Assembly: GCA_964035545.1 (NCBI GenBank)
Contig: OZ037769.1
Location: 8,165,929 to 8,229,928, forward strand
DNA: 64,000 nt
Direction: 5' to 3'
Origin: Bugula neritina
Taxonomy: Eukaryota > Animalia > Bryozoa
Below are positions 1 to 13,400 of this stretch, piece by piece; position 1 is the first letter of the stretch, and each line of letters begins with the position of its first letter. The notes below the pieces were generated by a model. The model was not told where the DNA came from. It worked only from the letters and a program-made list of their open reading frames with translations, and made no database searches. The translations under genes were made by a program, and so were the position numbers.

Positions 1-1800
1 GTAATGCACTGCTGTTACTGCCCATGTGTTTATTGCTTTGATTGTGTTCTCACCATTCAGTTTTGAATCCAGAACTTTTCTTATTTGTTTGTAGTACTCC
101 TTGATCTTATTTTTCATTTCATATATTTGTATTCTATCAATCTCAAGAACTCCTAGATATTTATACGGCTTCTCACCCAGATCTTTGATTACCTGTTCAT
201 CAGGCAAACTGATTCCTGTGTCCTTGATTTTCTTTCCCTTTCTCATAACCAGTGTGGCACATTTTTTAATCCAAATTTCATTTCTATATCCCTTGTGAAG
301 ATCCCGGCAGTGTTTACCAAAGCTTCCAGTTCTGACTTTGATTTCCTATTTACCTTCAGGTCATCCACATATAGGAGATGGTTTGTTTTCTGTCTCGTCG
401 AAATTTGCATCATTGAGCCGCTTCTGTCATGCGAATCGGTAATTGGAGAAAAGGGATAGAGATAAAGAGTCTCCTTGGAAAATTCTTAGTTTGATCTTTA
501 TTTCTCCTATCTTTTCTTCCAGGTATTTCAGTTGTGTTTTCCAGGTTTCATGCTTTTTCTTATCAACCTTATGACATTAATTGCTATTCCAGTTGTGTGC
601 ATCGTTTCTAAGATCTAATTTCCTTGTCTTTACATATGCTCCAATTTGTTGCTAACTTTATTTAGTCATTCTGCATTGGTATTATTTTTAGTTGGCTGAC
701 CCCATATATTTTATCGGAATGCTTTTGATTTCCTTGTCAGGTGCCTCTTTAGATGTACGTATTCATTTCCTCATAATTCTTGATAAAAGCGCTTATCATT
801 GTAAACATTGTGTTCTGATTATATTGATCAACTCATTCTGTATATCTGTTTATCTTCTGGCTTACAGCTCTCAGATTTTGCTTCAGTTTTTCAATCACTA
901 CACCACACTCTTTGTTCTTTATCCTATATTTTTCTTCAACCATTCTTCTCAATGAATCATTGTAAGCTCTACTTTTTCACTCTGCTATTTTACTTAAGTC
1001 TGATCTAATATCTTTTTATTTCTTCTGCAGTCGTATTTTCCATACTTGTACATTGTCAGTTTTTCTTTTTCCTTTTTGTTACACACTTGTTCTGTTACTA
1101 TTTTTCGCACAAGCCATGGTGGTGTTATTAAGCTCAATGGTATTAATAATCTCAACACAGTTTAGCACATCATTAATCTGTTTTACTGCCTGTAGTAATT
1201 TGACCCTCTCAATGTGCCTAAGGGCTCTTAGTGTTGGTCGATCATTAGATAGTTTGTTATGCTCATTTATAATTTTTCTACTAACACTTTTTCTACCTCT
1301 GAACTAGGTACTCTTAAAATTCTCATGGCTGATTTATATGCTATCTCATGTTGTACTATAACATCCTCTATTTGCAAATTTAGCTCTTCATTATCTTCTT
1401 CACCAATTGATGTGCCTAATTTTTGCAAGGTTCCTTCTTCAATCTTATGGAGTTCTTCTTCCATAAAATGCTTGTGTTTTTTCATAGTTCTTGCTTAATC
1501 CGCTAGTCTCTATTCGCTGATGTTAAACTCTCCTCTGTTTTCCAGCGTTTGCACATTCTTTTTAAATAATTCTTTGATCCGGGTCTACAGAGCTCATACA
1601 TTGTTTTTCTATAACCTCTCAATTTGGGTGTACTTTTGAAGCAGCATTTCATGACAACTTTGTTGTCTTCTCTTGAGTATCTTCTTCTAGTTGTGCCATT
1701 AACGGATTGACGGCCGTAGGTTGCCTGGTCCTCCACATACCCACTGCCAGACGAGACATGCCATGTTTAGTTAGACATACCATTAACGTCGTTGGCTTTA
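1..1800 (-). mobile_element. Degenerate non-LTR retrotransposon, R4/Dong-like (RLE clade), runs off window start
   Basis: Minus-strand RT motifs IKLRIFQGDS (~467-496), NHLLYVDDLKV (~352-384), KPYKYLGV, KLNGENTIKAINTWAV (~20-70); N-terminal RRRYSREDNKVVMKC..RGYRKTMYEL (ORF 1503-1736). Frameshifts, stops and an internal deletion. Confidence 0.8.
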
Positions 1801-2725
1801 TTAGTTCTATTTTAATGGATCATATTATTATTTTTAATTATTATTATTATCACTATCAGTAGCAAATAAATAATGTTATATTTGTTATTAGTTACTACTT
1901 ATAGAAATTGAGTGCCACAGCTTGAGGGTTATAAAGTCAGTCTTAGTCAATGTAATGGGGATGCTGATACTGACATTTGGCTTCGAGCTCATAGTTAAAT
2001 TGTTAACAACTATACCTAAGGATAACAGGAGTATTAAAATGTTAATTTATAATGATTATAACCTTAGAGTAGAGATATTATTCTCAATTTATTTAGTTTT
2101 TACTTTACTAACTTTTATTTTATTCATCAGCCTTACTGTCTATTTAAATAGCAAACTAAAGAATAATTATGAAGGCCTTTGAATTGAAGTACTTTTCTGT
2201 AGCTGATTAGATTTCAAGTATTAAAATAACATACTAAGACAGAATACCATTATATGAGCTAGATTAATAAAGTAAAGAAGATTTCTTTGTTAATCAAAAT
2301 ATAGGTGTCACATATGCCTATTTTTAAGATTATGTTCTTATATGTGCTGTCTTTTTAATATTTTTAAAGTGCTACATTTTGAGGGTAGCCTACATCAATA
2401 TGACTGCCCTGTAATTGCTTGTCAACTATAAGAGTTAGACCTATAAACTGTCTCATTTTCAAATTATCTTTACTTTTCTAATTGATGTTAACATGACTAT
2501 TCCTATTAGTATTTTGGTGTTTACCATTAGTAATGTTTGAACTAACATCAATATCCTTGTTAATTTGTCTAATTATTCAAATTTTAATATTCATCATTTG
2601 TGAACAGTAATAAAATTTTGTCTTTCTTAAATTAATGTGATGCTAGATTAGCTACTCTAGCAAGTGTGTATTGTGCAATGAGTACTAATGCCATATTTTT
2701 GCACTTCTTGTTCTATATAATTTAG

Positions 2726-4799
2726 ATTTAAGGTAACAATTCCTAAAGCTATCACATAATGCTGCTATCAGTTATAAAGATGTCACTGATTCAAACATTG
2801 AAAACCAGCTGAGTGCATGCAAGGTTGAAAACTTATTTTCTCTGGTTAGGTAAGTAGAAAGGTATTTGCTGTAATTTACAACTATTTTGTTTTCAACATC
2901 TTTGATGTTCATCTCTAAAAGATAAGTAGCACATAATGGTACCTGTTTTACTTAGCAGAAGAAATTATTGTCAAAGCTCTATTACTACATTTTAAATTGT
3001 ATGACACTCTTTTGACTACATTTGATTTCATATCTCAAATAATTATATTTCTGACTCATGAAACTGTAACCACACACTTGAGAACAAAATAAATAATGAT
3101 ATGGAAGCTTTCTTTAACTTTGTCAATTTAGTCAACAGCCAATGACTGAAAACATGTTTTGTACACTATTGATTGCCTCTCTATTTCCGCTATAAGGCAG
3201 AAACTTTAATCTCAAAATTTAAGACACTGGCAATTCTTCCCAATAATACGTTGTTCAAAACAAATATTTTTTGCCAAGTAATATAGTATTTAATTATATT
3301 TTTTAGTCAAAGAAATTTGTTTGGTTTCTTGTGTCATCTTGAATAGCTTGTTATTCATTATCTTTTTCTTCGTGTTATGACTATGAGTGTATATAACCTT
3401 TGCTGGCAGGTTTTTCCCCATCACTATATGTTTCTCTGTTTACTCTCTAACAGTTTTATTTCCGTTCATTTTTTAGAGTTTACTAAAATGACATGGGTGT
3501 GCTTTGTTGTGGCTCCTGATTGTGCGCATCCGTTGAGATTATTGGAAGTTTTGTTGAAACTGAGCTGAGGCCTCTTACTCCTAAAGGCAAGAATTTGAGT
3601 CATCTTAGCTACTTGTAGCATATCAACATCGAACAGCACCATTCCACTACTCTAAGCTTAAGGTTTTGGCTGCATTAGATCAACAGGTAAGTTTAATAGT
3701 TTGTATTTCGTACACTATTTCATGATGTCTGTTCAGCATTTACTTGGTAGCACACATTTATAGATTTTGCATTCTTTTAGTTTTTTGCAGTACAACTTTT
3801 CTACGCAACTATTACACTGTTGTTGCTGTTAATTGTAGTTTATTCTGCTTGACCATGCAATTATTGAATTATGTTGCAAAGGTGATTGAGTCCTTTTATT
3901 TAATTTAGTACACACTGGAAATCTGCAGTTTTTAGCCATTTTTACAATTTAGCTGCTAATGAACAATGCTTTTTGCTTAAAATTAGTGAGACATCAAGAA
4001 ATACACCTAAATAATCAAGGTTCTTCTTAATTTTGCATGATTTCTCATGTTTTTTCCTATTTATTCATTTCATTTGGATTGCCTACTGTTACAAACTAAC
4101 TGTGGCGATCCCCAGTCAGAAGTTGCTGTAATTAGAAAAAAGCATAGGAAATCAAAGAAAATTAAAAAGAGCCTTGATTATTTAGGCGTATTTATTGATA
4201 TTTTTTTAGTTTCGGGCCAAAACTCATGTTCATTAGCAAAAACTTGAGATCTTCAGTATGTACTAACTTAAATAAAATGAACCAATTGCAGTAAATTTCT
4301 GCATTTTCTAATACTTCCTAAATTTACACCTAAAATAGTGCTGTCTTAAGAAAATGACACTAGCTGCTGTTTTCATGTATGTGCCCCAATTGTATATAAT
4401 GCTGTTGATTTGTTTAGTGCTTTTTCTATTTGTTTGTTATATAACTTTTCTTTTATGGTTGTTGCCAGCACCTAAAGCATTATTCATTAGTGTCAATTAA
4501 TTTCTACTCACAGTTTTACTGTTACATAGTTTATAAAGCCCTTGTGTCAACTTTTCTAGATATCCTGGTTAAAATTGTTCTACTTGATGAATGGCATAGG
4601 GCATATGCAATAGCAAAACAGTTGCAGGCTGTTTTGGAAAAAAAATTGTGCATATAACCTTCATTTTATACATGTTATTTAGGCTTTGGTAGAACTGTTG
4701 GAGAGCCCTCCTCTTGAATAAAGCTACTCAACTTCCCGGATTCTACTTTATTGACATTAACCCACTACCTACAAAACGCCTTGAAATTTAGCTAATAAA
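2726..4799 (+). pseudogene. Possible decayed spliced gene (3 exon-like blocks), weakly FEN1/XPG/asteroid PIN-H3TH-like
   Basis: Blocks 2726-2849, 3477-3686, 4683-4791 with tttag acceptors, two AG|GTAAGT donors, compatible phases and AATAAA at 4794; but 6 in-frame stops. DMGVLCCGS/DC resembles an H3TH motif. Confidence 0.25.
3894..4277. mobile_element. Old foldback/MITE-like element with long imperfect inverted repeats
   Basis: ttttatttaatttagtacacactggaaatct...atacacctaaataatcaagg on the left mirrors ccttgattatttaggcgtat...agatcttcagtatgtactaacttaaataaaa on the right. Confidence 0.6.
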
Positions 4800-7700
4800 T
4801 TATGTATTTTGTGATTTTTTTTAAATGTACAATGTTATGTATAAATTACAATCAGTTTATATATATATACATGTCTTTTACTACTTAGTATTACAGTGTA
4901 AAAAGCATTTCAGGGTTAACAATTTTATTAATTGGCCCTAACAGTAATTATGTATAATACAGATTTGCAGATGCTTTAAATGAACCCAAAAAGCTGATGT
5001 TGTTAAATAGTGTACAAAATAGTCACCTCATATCAGCCAGACATGCTTAGTCATTACCTAGCATTAAAATCATATTATGAATGCAGTCAAGTTTTGATAT
5101 GCATCCCTATTATTGATAGTTTGTGAACCAGCAATTAAATATCAAGAAGCAATATTACTAACCAATGTGCTGGTTAAAGAGTTTCAAGTTGTAGTTATAG
5201 TATCAAACTATTATAATGGCATAAAAACTATCAGTCAAAACATCTTATTAATATTTACTACAGGAATACATATTATAGGTGTGCTAAAAATCTGGTAGAA
5301 GCATCAATTATTTTAGATGTTTTGGATTTAGTATCTCTGTACTATAATGTAATATACAGAACATCAGGTGCTGTCTCCACAGTGCATTGATGGCACTAAT
5401 GAATATTAATACATGCAGGCAGTGTTGGTAATGATTTATTGAAATAGAAGTTTAAAAACTGTTTAAACAACAATGAAAAGCCTGAGATTAGTCCAAGGAG
5501 AGGGGTATTTCAAGCTAGCAGATGAGCAATATAGATGCGAAAGTCTTGCCTAAAAATCATTATTGTTATATCTAGTCATTAATTTCTTGTAATAGATCTA
5601 TTTCACTATTGAGAAGAACAAAATTAGCTAGTAAACACTGTAATAGAGTCATGGCACTTTGGCAGTGCTAGTTTAAAATAAACCTGGGATAGTCGAATAG
5701 CAGAAGTACTTTTTGATGCATAATATAATTATGTACAGCTTAAGATTTTGCAATACTGTGTTTTCAGTGCGATATTAATTTCAATAGCTACATTAAAATA
5801 ATGTACAATTCTAGCAAGTGATGCAAAATCTTCTAAGATGCTATGACTGTAGCAGTTTGCTACTAGTCTCAAGTAACAAACCAAATAGCCTTTCTTTGTG
5901 CCATCATCCAAATGCCAAACAAATAACTCATTCACTCTGTAACAACAAGGTGGTCTCCCAAGTAGATTGTTAGACATTTCAGGCATTAATAACCAAAGGC
6001 TTTTCACTTGGCATAATTGTATAGTTACCCAGCTAAATAAATAATGTATTCATGGTATTGTAATTCCAAGCCATGCATTTATCTGTGAATGCAGCTAAGT
6101 ATTTAATATGGCCATACATTTATGTACTATGTAGCAATGCCTAATGTAGCTGTCAAGCTTCTACTTATACTCATTTTACTGATGCTTTACTTCTGATTAC
6201 ATGATTACAAACATAGCAGTTCAAACAAAATTATTTTAGATAGGAATAAATATAATGCTCCTAGCAAATGTTGTAAAACTATTTTCCAAAAACATATACT
6301 TTGCAAACAAACTTTTCACAAAGTTATAATGCATTTATCATATTATTGTTTCATTTAAAAGTTATAATGATAGAATATTATACTTAAAACACACTCAAAT
6401 TTTTAGATTCTTGTAATATTGTTAAACAAGAGTTAACAGTAAGATTGGCTGTAGAGTAGAATGTTTAGCTGTTTGTACTGAAGCTAACAAGTAACTGGCA
6501 TTAAAAAGAGATGTAGATAAAAAGTGACAGAATAACAACTGGCTTGTATATTGGTAGTGCAAAAAGCTGTATATAACAGTTTAAACAAATACCCATTAGA
6601 ATAAATGGTAACCCAGTACTTAAAATGTGGTATGTCATAATACATATTTGTGGTGTATTGACTAGGCTAGATCAACACATAGCACTATGTAATTGCTTTA
6701 GTATTTACAATTAGTTTGGTGTCTGGTGGGATTTGTTGATAGCCATTGTCTTTATTAACATAACAGTTTCATAAAATTAGCAGTTTTCCTTATTCACCTA
6801 GTTAATTTTTAAGATTTATGTACAATATTTACATATTAGGATATAAAAAATATCTTCAACCAGTGAATATCAAAATAATGATTAAAGACATATTTTACGT
6901 CATATTTTTGTGGCAATCTAAATAATAAGCTGGTCTAAATTGTACTTGTGCAAACAGAACCAGCTCATGAATATATGTTGTCTTTTTTTAACTTGACAGT
7001 TAATCTAATATGGATGTGTATTTTATACTTGCTTTTGTGTTTAAGGTGATAAAATTGCACTGGTAAGGTAAATAAACATTGCTTGTTTGGCATGCTTTTG
7101 CGTGGCATTGCATATTATGCTAAACTAATGGCCAGTTTTGCAGTAGCTTCACCATAACCTTCAAAAGAATGCAAATATCATCTAATTATTGTAAGCTTTT
7201 TAAGTTAATTTGTCTAGCTATAAACACATGTAAAACTATTAGGCTATTCCAATTTCACGATATACATAGCTCTATAATTCTGAAAAACTGCTAGGTAAAG
7301 TGGAAATTAAACATGATCTATTCATTGCTAAAGTATTACAGCTATGAATAATATATATGTGATTACCTGAGTGATATCACAATCTTCACTTGCTAAGTTA
7401 GTTTAAATACAGGAAAAAAAATTAATCTGGGGAAAAATTATATATGAGAAGCTGTTTTTGTAATAATTCCCTGCTCTAGAGTGGTTTAGAAGAATTGTTT
7501 TAAAGCAAAACTTTTGCATACATGAGTTGAATAAAATCATTGAGAGTTTTATGAAGGTCTATTTGTGTATATAGGTAGCCCTATGTCACAACTCAAGTTT
7601 TTAGATTTTATGTAATTTGTGGTGCAAAGTTGCAAATAAAAACCTTATTTTAATAATACTTAGACATATGCAAGCAATAAAGATAAGGAAAAAAATGCTA

Positions 7701-9406
7701 TAGTTGCTAATTAGCTAATATTACTTGCATATGATGCAAATATTTGTATGCATGCATGTTTAGTTTATTAGCATTGGTTAGATATAATTGAATATATAGA
7801 TTTGATGTGGAAATTGAAGAAAATCAATATATACAACAACAGTTTTTACATTGGTTTGTTGATTACTTCATAAATCATTTATTACTTCATGCAATATTTG
7901 TTCCTGCAATTTTGCAGAGTGGCAAAATGCATTTCAAAGACATATATTAAGTGATTTTAATTATACTAGAATTTTCAAACTAAGAATTTTTGGGGAGTTT
8001 TCTTCTTCCTAAGACATATGTGGCAATTGAACACATAATAAGTTGTAGGCCACAACTCCTTTATACAACCTTGCAAGAAATTATGCAGCCATTTAAATAG
8101 AAAAGGAATTATTGAATTTATTTATTCAACATTATTAGTATTTTATAAATATTTGTTGCATTTAATTAATGAGCATAAAATTTGTTTTACAAATACTGTA
8201 ATTAACAGCATATGGTAAAAATATATTATATATACTGGTATATATTTTGTATTGTATTAGATTTAGGCTACATTGCTAATTAAAATGAGTTAATGGCTAA
8301 GTTTAATTATCTTCGACTTATAGATTACATTTTTATGTGCTATAAAAATTTAACTCGTTTGTTACGACATTTCTCCATGCGTAAAAGCAAAACTTACGGC
8401 AATATATCCTTAGCTAGAAAGATAAATAATAATTTACTTTAATTACATCAAAAGCTAATATCAGCAAGCATTCTATAAATAATGGGAATTTATCTAGTGT
8501 AATTTTTCTTAAACTAGCTAAGCTTGCTTGGTACTTTAATAAGTTTATTGGCATAGTGTATTATGTTATACTTATATATTTTTAAGACTTTAAGGAAAAT
8601 GATGTTTTAGCTGCGTTATTCCTAATGCAAGCCTTATAAATTTACAATAGTTATATACTAAAATATTATATATTTGTAATTAGAAAGAAAACAAATTACT
8701 TTCATAAACTTATAATTATTGCATTCTGTTATTGTTAATGCTAGAATAACAAATTGAACACGGCATATGCTTCCCTAACCAGATGCTTTTAAACGGATTA
8801 AAAATAATTTGTCAATTTCTAATTATGAGGAACAAACTCCTCGGTAGTTTCTACATTTGCGCATGATTTTATCAAGATAGGCTTGCTTTTGTGTCAACCT
8901 GTAGCCAGTGCAACTATACTTTATGCAACGAGTAAAACAGACTCATTTCAAAGTACACAGTCTAAAGGGTAGGAATTACTACAAAGAAAAGTGCCGGTTA
9001 AAAGTTAATTATAATTGGAAATAAGGTGAAATATCAGTCAGAAATTAAAAAGTGTCAACTAAAAAGGTGTATTGTTATTTCTTTTTGGCTTAATGAAAAT
9101 GTTTTTTGAGGAAGAAGTACGAGAAACATCTAGGAGGAGTTCATATCCACCACTGGCGACTACCTGTTTATTGATGAAGAACTATCCAATGATAGTACAG
9201 TATTATGGTCTTTTGCCTTATAATTGGCTTTGACTTTTTTATGTCTAATTACGAGATACTAAACAGATGCAAAGTATGTTGTGCATAGGCAGTTTTTTTA
9301 TGTCTCTAAACAACATTCTAGGAAAATATATACTGAAATATAGATATCCAAATATAAAAACAACATGAATCAGTGAAAAGTGTGTGAGAGTTGAGTAGTG
9401 TAGAGC

Positions 9407-9619
9407 TTATTGGTATAGTTTTACTGGTATGGAGTAATTTTGCATGTCAACTTGCAGTTTTATTTGTTTAATGTAGAGAGCTTTAGCTAATTTGAGGTGG
9501 CGGATTCCTTTAAATGACTGATTTAGAACTGTTACATTGTCTATTGAAATGCTTTCGTGGTTAGTGGTGGAGATATGTTGATAAATTTTTGAATTACTGT
9601 CATGACAGTATTCTCTCAA
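9407..9619 (-). mobile_element. Penelope-like element relic, GIY-YIG endonuclease C-terminus
   Basis: SKIYQHISTTNH..SIDNVTVL..RHLKLAKALYIKQ matches the SAIxxH..H..IL..RxIxEAxxI pattern of Penelope endonucleases. Confidence 0.65.
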
Positions 9620-10140
9620 AACAACACAAATTTATTCATTGCAAATATGAGCAAAAGATTAAACAACTTCGAAACAACATTCAAGACCCTAAAGCTCAAG
9701 AATTGAACACTGTGAAGAGCCTACACAGTTTCTTTTCAGTTCAACTTACAAATCAACAACAAGTTATTGCCAGAGAATTAGATGTACACACTCTTACAAG
9801 AACTAACAAAATTCATATTACATCACAACTTGAATCTTTCTACCAACAAACTTCCTCAAATCAACATCAAGTATCTAAAGATAAACTTGAAGTAATTAAA
9901 GGTAAACTCTTAGATATACGTATGATCCAACTTTATAAAGATTAAAACACCAAAATATTTTGATGACTCTCTAAAAAATAAAAAAATAAAAAAGTTATCA
10001 CATTAATTAAACAAAACAATGGAAAAGGTATACTTTTGTCATAAATAAAAAGGATTACATTAACAAATGTTAAGAAATACTGAAGACACCAAAATTTTCA
10101 ACATGTTTCATCCTTTAATTTCAAAAATTAGTTGAATACA
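9615..10140 (+). mobile_element. Penelope-like element relic, N-terminal/pre-RT region, inverted relative to the adjacent endonuclease fragment
   Basis: ORF 9589-9945 followed by a decayed KxDKGxG-like motif (LIKQNNGKGI, ~10000-10035). Duplicated at ~43075-43600. Confidence 0.55.
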
Positions 10141-10296
10141 ACACAGTTTTATTTCCTGTTATTGCAGTGTTATCTCAAACCGATAGTTTCCTTCAGTAAA
10201 TATGAAACACTATTAAGCCTTTTTTCTCAGCATGTTGATATTCACATAACTTTACGATTAACATAATATCATAAACTGAATAAAGTACTTAACTAT

Positions 10297-10484
10297 TTAA
10301 GCATCACAGTTGACAGGTATAGATGAGCAAGTCTTTACAAGATCTACTCTTAGTTCTTCAACAAAGATGTGGAATGAAGATTGCCAGCCGGTGTAGGCAT
10401 CAGTGTCACCATACCCAGAGCATTGACCAACAGCATAGGTGATGTTGTGACTTCCCAAAGATATCCCGTGACATATTCCACTCA
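10297..10484 (-). CDS. Paralog A exon 14 (end of CTHRC1-like domain 3, stop)
   Basis: tttcag acceptor; VSGICHGISLGSHNITYAVGQCSGYGDTDAYTGWQSSFHIFVEEL...CDA*. Confidence 0.92.
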
Positions 10485-13400
10485 CTGAAATATTTAGCAG
10501 AAATCTGTATGAAGCTTGTTTCAGTTCTTCTTATAGTTATTTGCAAATACCTATTACCAATAATAAAACACTACATGATACGGTTGTGTAGATATTTGAT
10601 GTGTAAATCGAAAAAAAACAAAGAGCTCAGAAATGAAAAAGTTGAAGCCTGTTCGGAATGAGCATACAGTTCATGTTTCGTATAAGCAACGTATAATTTG
10701 TGTCGTCTAAAACCATTTACCTTGCATCGGATGGTGCATAGCTGTCTGAAAATTGAAGTAGTATATCCCTTCTATCCTCCCTGGTGAAGTACATTCAGCA
10801 TTGTCAATATTAAAAAACCTGTAATAAATACATATATTGGGTCAACATGTACAGTTTTATTACAATAACTAAAATTTCTTTTCATTAAACTATTATTTTC
10901 ATAATCTTACCATCTCCCACATAACGAGTACCCATTACCAGGCATAATCCGATGATCTCCACTAGCTGTTAGTCTGAGTCCAGTGTCTGCATACTCCTTC
11001 ACATAAGTTATGGTGTACAGATCTGCCACATCTTCACCTTTATTACTTGCCCAGTAGTGAAATCTCTCTAGATTTCCGCTATGACTTCGGTACATCTGAT
11101 TATTACGGGATATTACTAAAATATGCAATTTTTTCGAGTAAACATCAAAACAAGCCTGTGATAATAATTTCATTTAATACAGTTTTTATTTGGGTTATAG
11201 ATTTGAGACAGCAAAAAATGTCATATGCTAAGTGTTTTCTGCAGTATAAATTTACTTCAAATATACAAATTTTTCATTGCGGCAACAGGAATGCTTGCCT
11301 TGTTAATCTCGAGTTAAATAAAGTTTTTGGAAACTTTCATGTTTTTAGCAACTTAAAATTTTATAGTTGCAGAGCAAATTTTAAACAATTTGTTTTGTTG
11401 GCTATATGCATGCAGTTTAACTGAAACTATTTTTGATTCAAAAATGCTTCTCAATTATAGTAACAAGTTATATTTATTTAAAGTCGAAGCCTATAAACTT
11501 AGTTAAATGATGCATTCAGTAACAGAAACATACTTTTAATAAAAAAAATCATATTGTTGATTAGGAAAAACAAATACTTCTACAGAGATATATTAGAAAG
11601 TTGTATTCAAATATGTTTGGTAAGACAACTATATTATGTGACTTCTAACAAGAATTGATTTCTACTGCATTGACTTTGTGCATGATCTCTTCTCACTTTT
11701 TAATATGTATACTTAGAGCCTTGAATGCACTATGTAACACCAATTGGAGCTCATTCAGAGCATTTGCATGAACAATTTTACTTTGTTATCCGTATTATAT
11801 AGGAACTAAAATCTTAAAGTTATACTTATATACATATTAACTATATGCTCATTAGGAAGTTTATTAGCACCTCCATCAACCACAAGACCTCTCCTCACTT
11901 CTTCAATGTGCAGACGTGAAGGAGAGTTGAATCCACCAGTAATAATTCTTGTGGGTTGAGTGTAATTATTAGTGCATCTCCCAACATATATTTTAATGAT
12001 GTGTGTTCCTTCAGGCAATACGTTGTCACATATTCCTTCCACTGAAGCAAAAAGTTATGCAAAATACATATTTAGACTTACAGTTTTATAAAATGCTGGT
12101 AAAAATTGATTGATTATTAGTGCTTGTCATGCAGTTGACAGCTGCCAAAATAAAATTCGGTTTAGGCTTTTATAATTTAATATTTTAAATGATTTGCATG
12201 GGTCTGATTTTGACTCATTAAATGCTCTTTTAATCAGTTGCAACAAAAAAATGACATATTCACAACCATTATACAGAAATTTAGTGAAAAGCATAATCCA
12301 TAGTTAATTTTTTTAAATAAATTTTAAGAAACACGGTAGGCTACATAATTGCATTAAAATTTTTATTTGTGTTGCCTATCAAAAACAAATAGTTCTTAAT
12401 GGCTAACATAGCATCTTATGTAGCTAGAATAAATTTATCTCCAGTAACAGCTTAAATTAGTAATCAACTATAACTTGTCGTTCACTCAAACATATAGCTT
12501 ATGTAGTTGCTATACGAAACATAGCTTGATTACTGAGTTTGTATGCAATGTATCCCATGGCTGATCCGATACTGTAAACAAGCACTAATAATAACTTAAG
12601 ACGTATTACTATATAAAAAACGAAATCAAAGCCACAACAACACCCCTTATACTATCACACATTTTGCCATTTGCCATTTGCCATTTTGCAGGTTTAAAAG
12701 CAAAGTTAGATTCATGGTTTAAAATATCAAATTTACAAAAGTACCCTGCTAGTTTCATAAAACGATAAAACAAGACCTAGCCCAGAAGACCGGTAGCCTA
12801 ATAATTATAGTCTTATTATATACTTCAACTGACAAAACAAATAATCTTTACCATATGAAAATTACCAACGAAGAGCTTATACTGCACAACAACATTGCTA
12901 GGGATTACAAAAAAAGATCAAAACACACTTCAAGAAATGAACTTAAAAGCTAAACATCGTTGCTTTGAAAAAAGACAATGTAATATTTACAAGTTCCGCT
13001 TTTCCTATGATGCCTCCAGTAATTGTAGTTATAAGGTGAAGTGTGAGATATTACATAATCAAGTTGGGGAGAGCACTCACCGTCTTCTATCTTCACAAAC
13101 CTGTACAAATGTGAGCAGTATCTAAGAATATGCTAAAACCACCAACAGACATAGAAATTGAAAAATGTTGAAATACAACTATAAATTTTTAAATTCAAAC
13201 TGCTAAATTTTTTGAACGACAATTGAAGCTCAAAATGGTGCCTGTTAAATGGTAATTGGCCAAAAGGAACAAACTTTCACCAGCTACATTTTACTCTCGC
13301 CATGCATGCAACATTCTTTGGTCGCAGTCCGTGCAGCAAATCAGCATTGTGTGATTTTACAGTGACTTTTAAAGTACTTTCATTACAAAATATAAATGGC

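Noticed and set aside
4800-9400. Short ORFs in the AT-rich stretch
   Set aside because: No recognisable motifs or consistent splice pattern.
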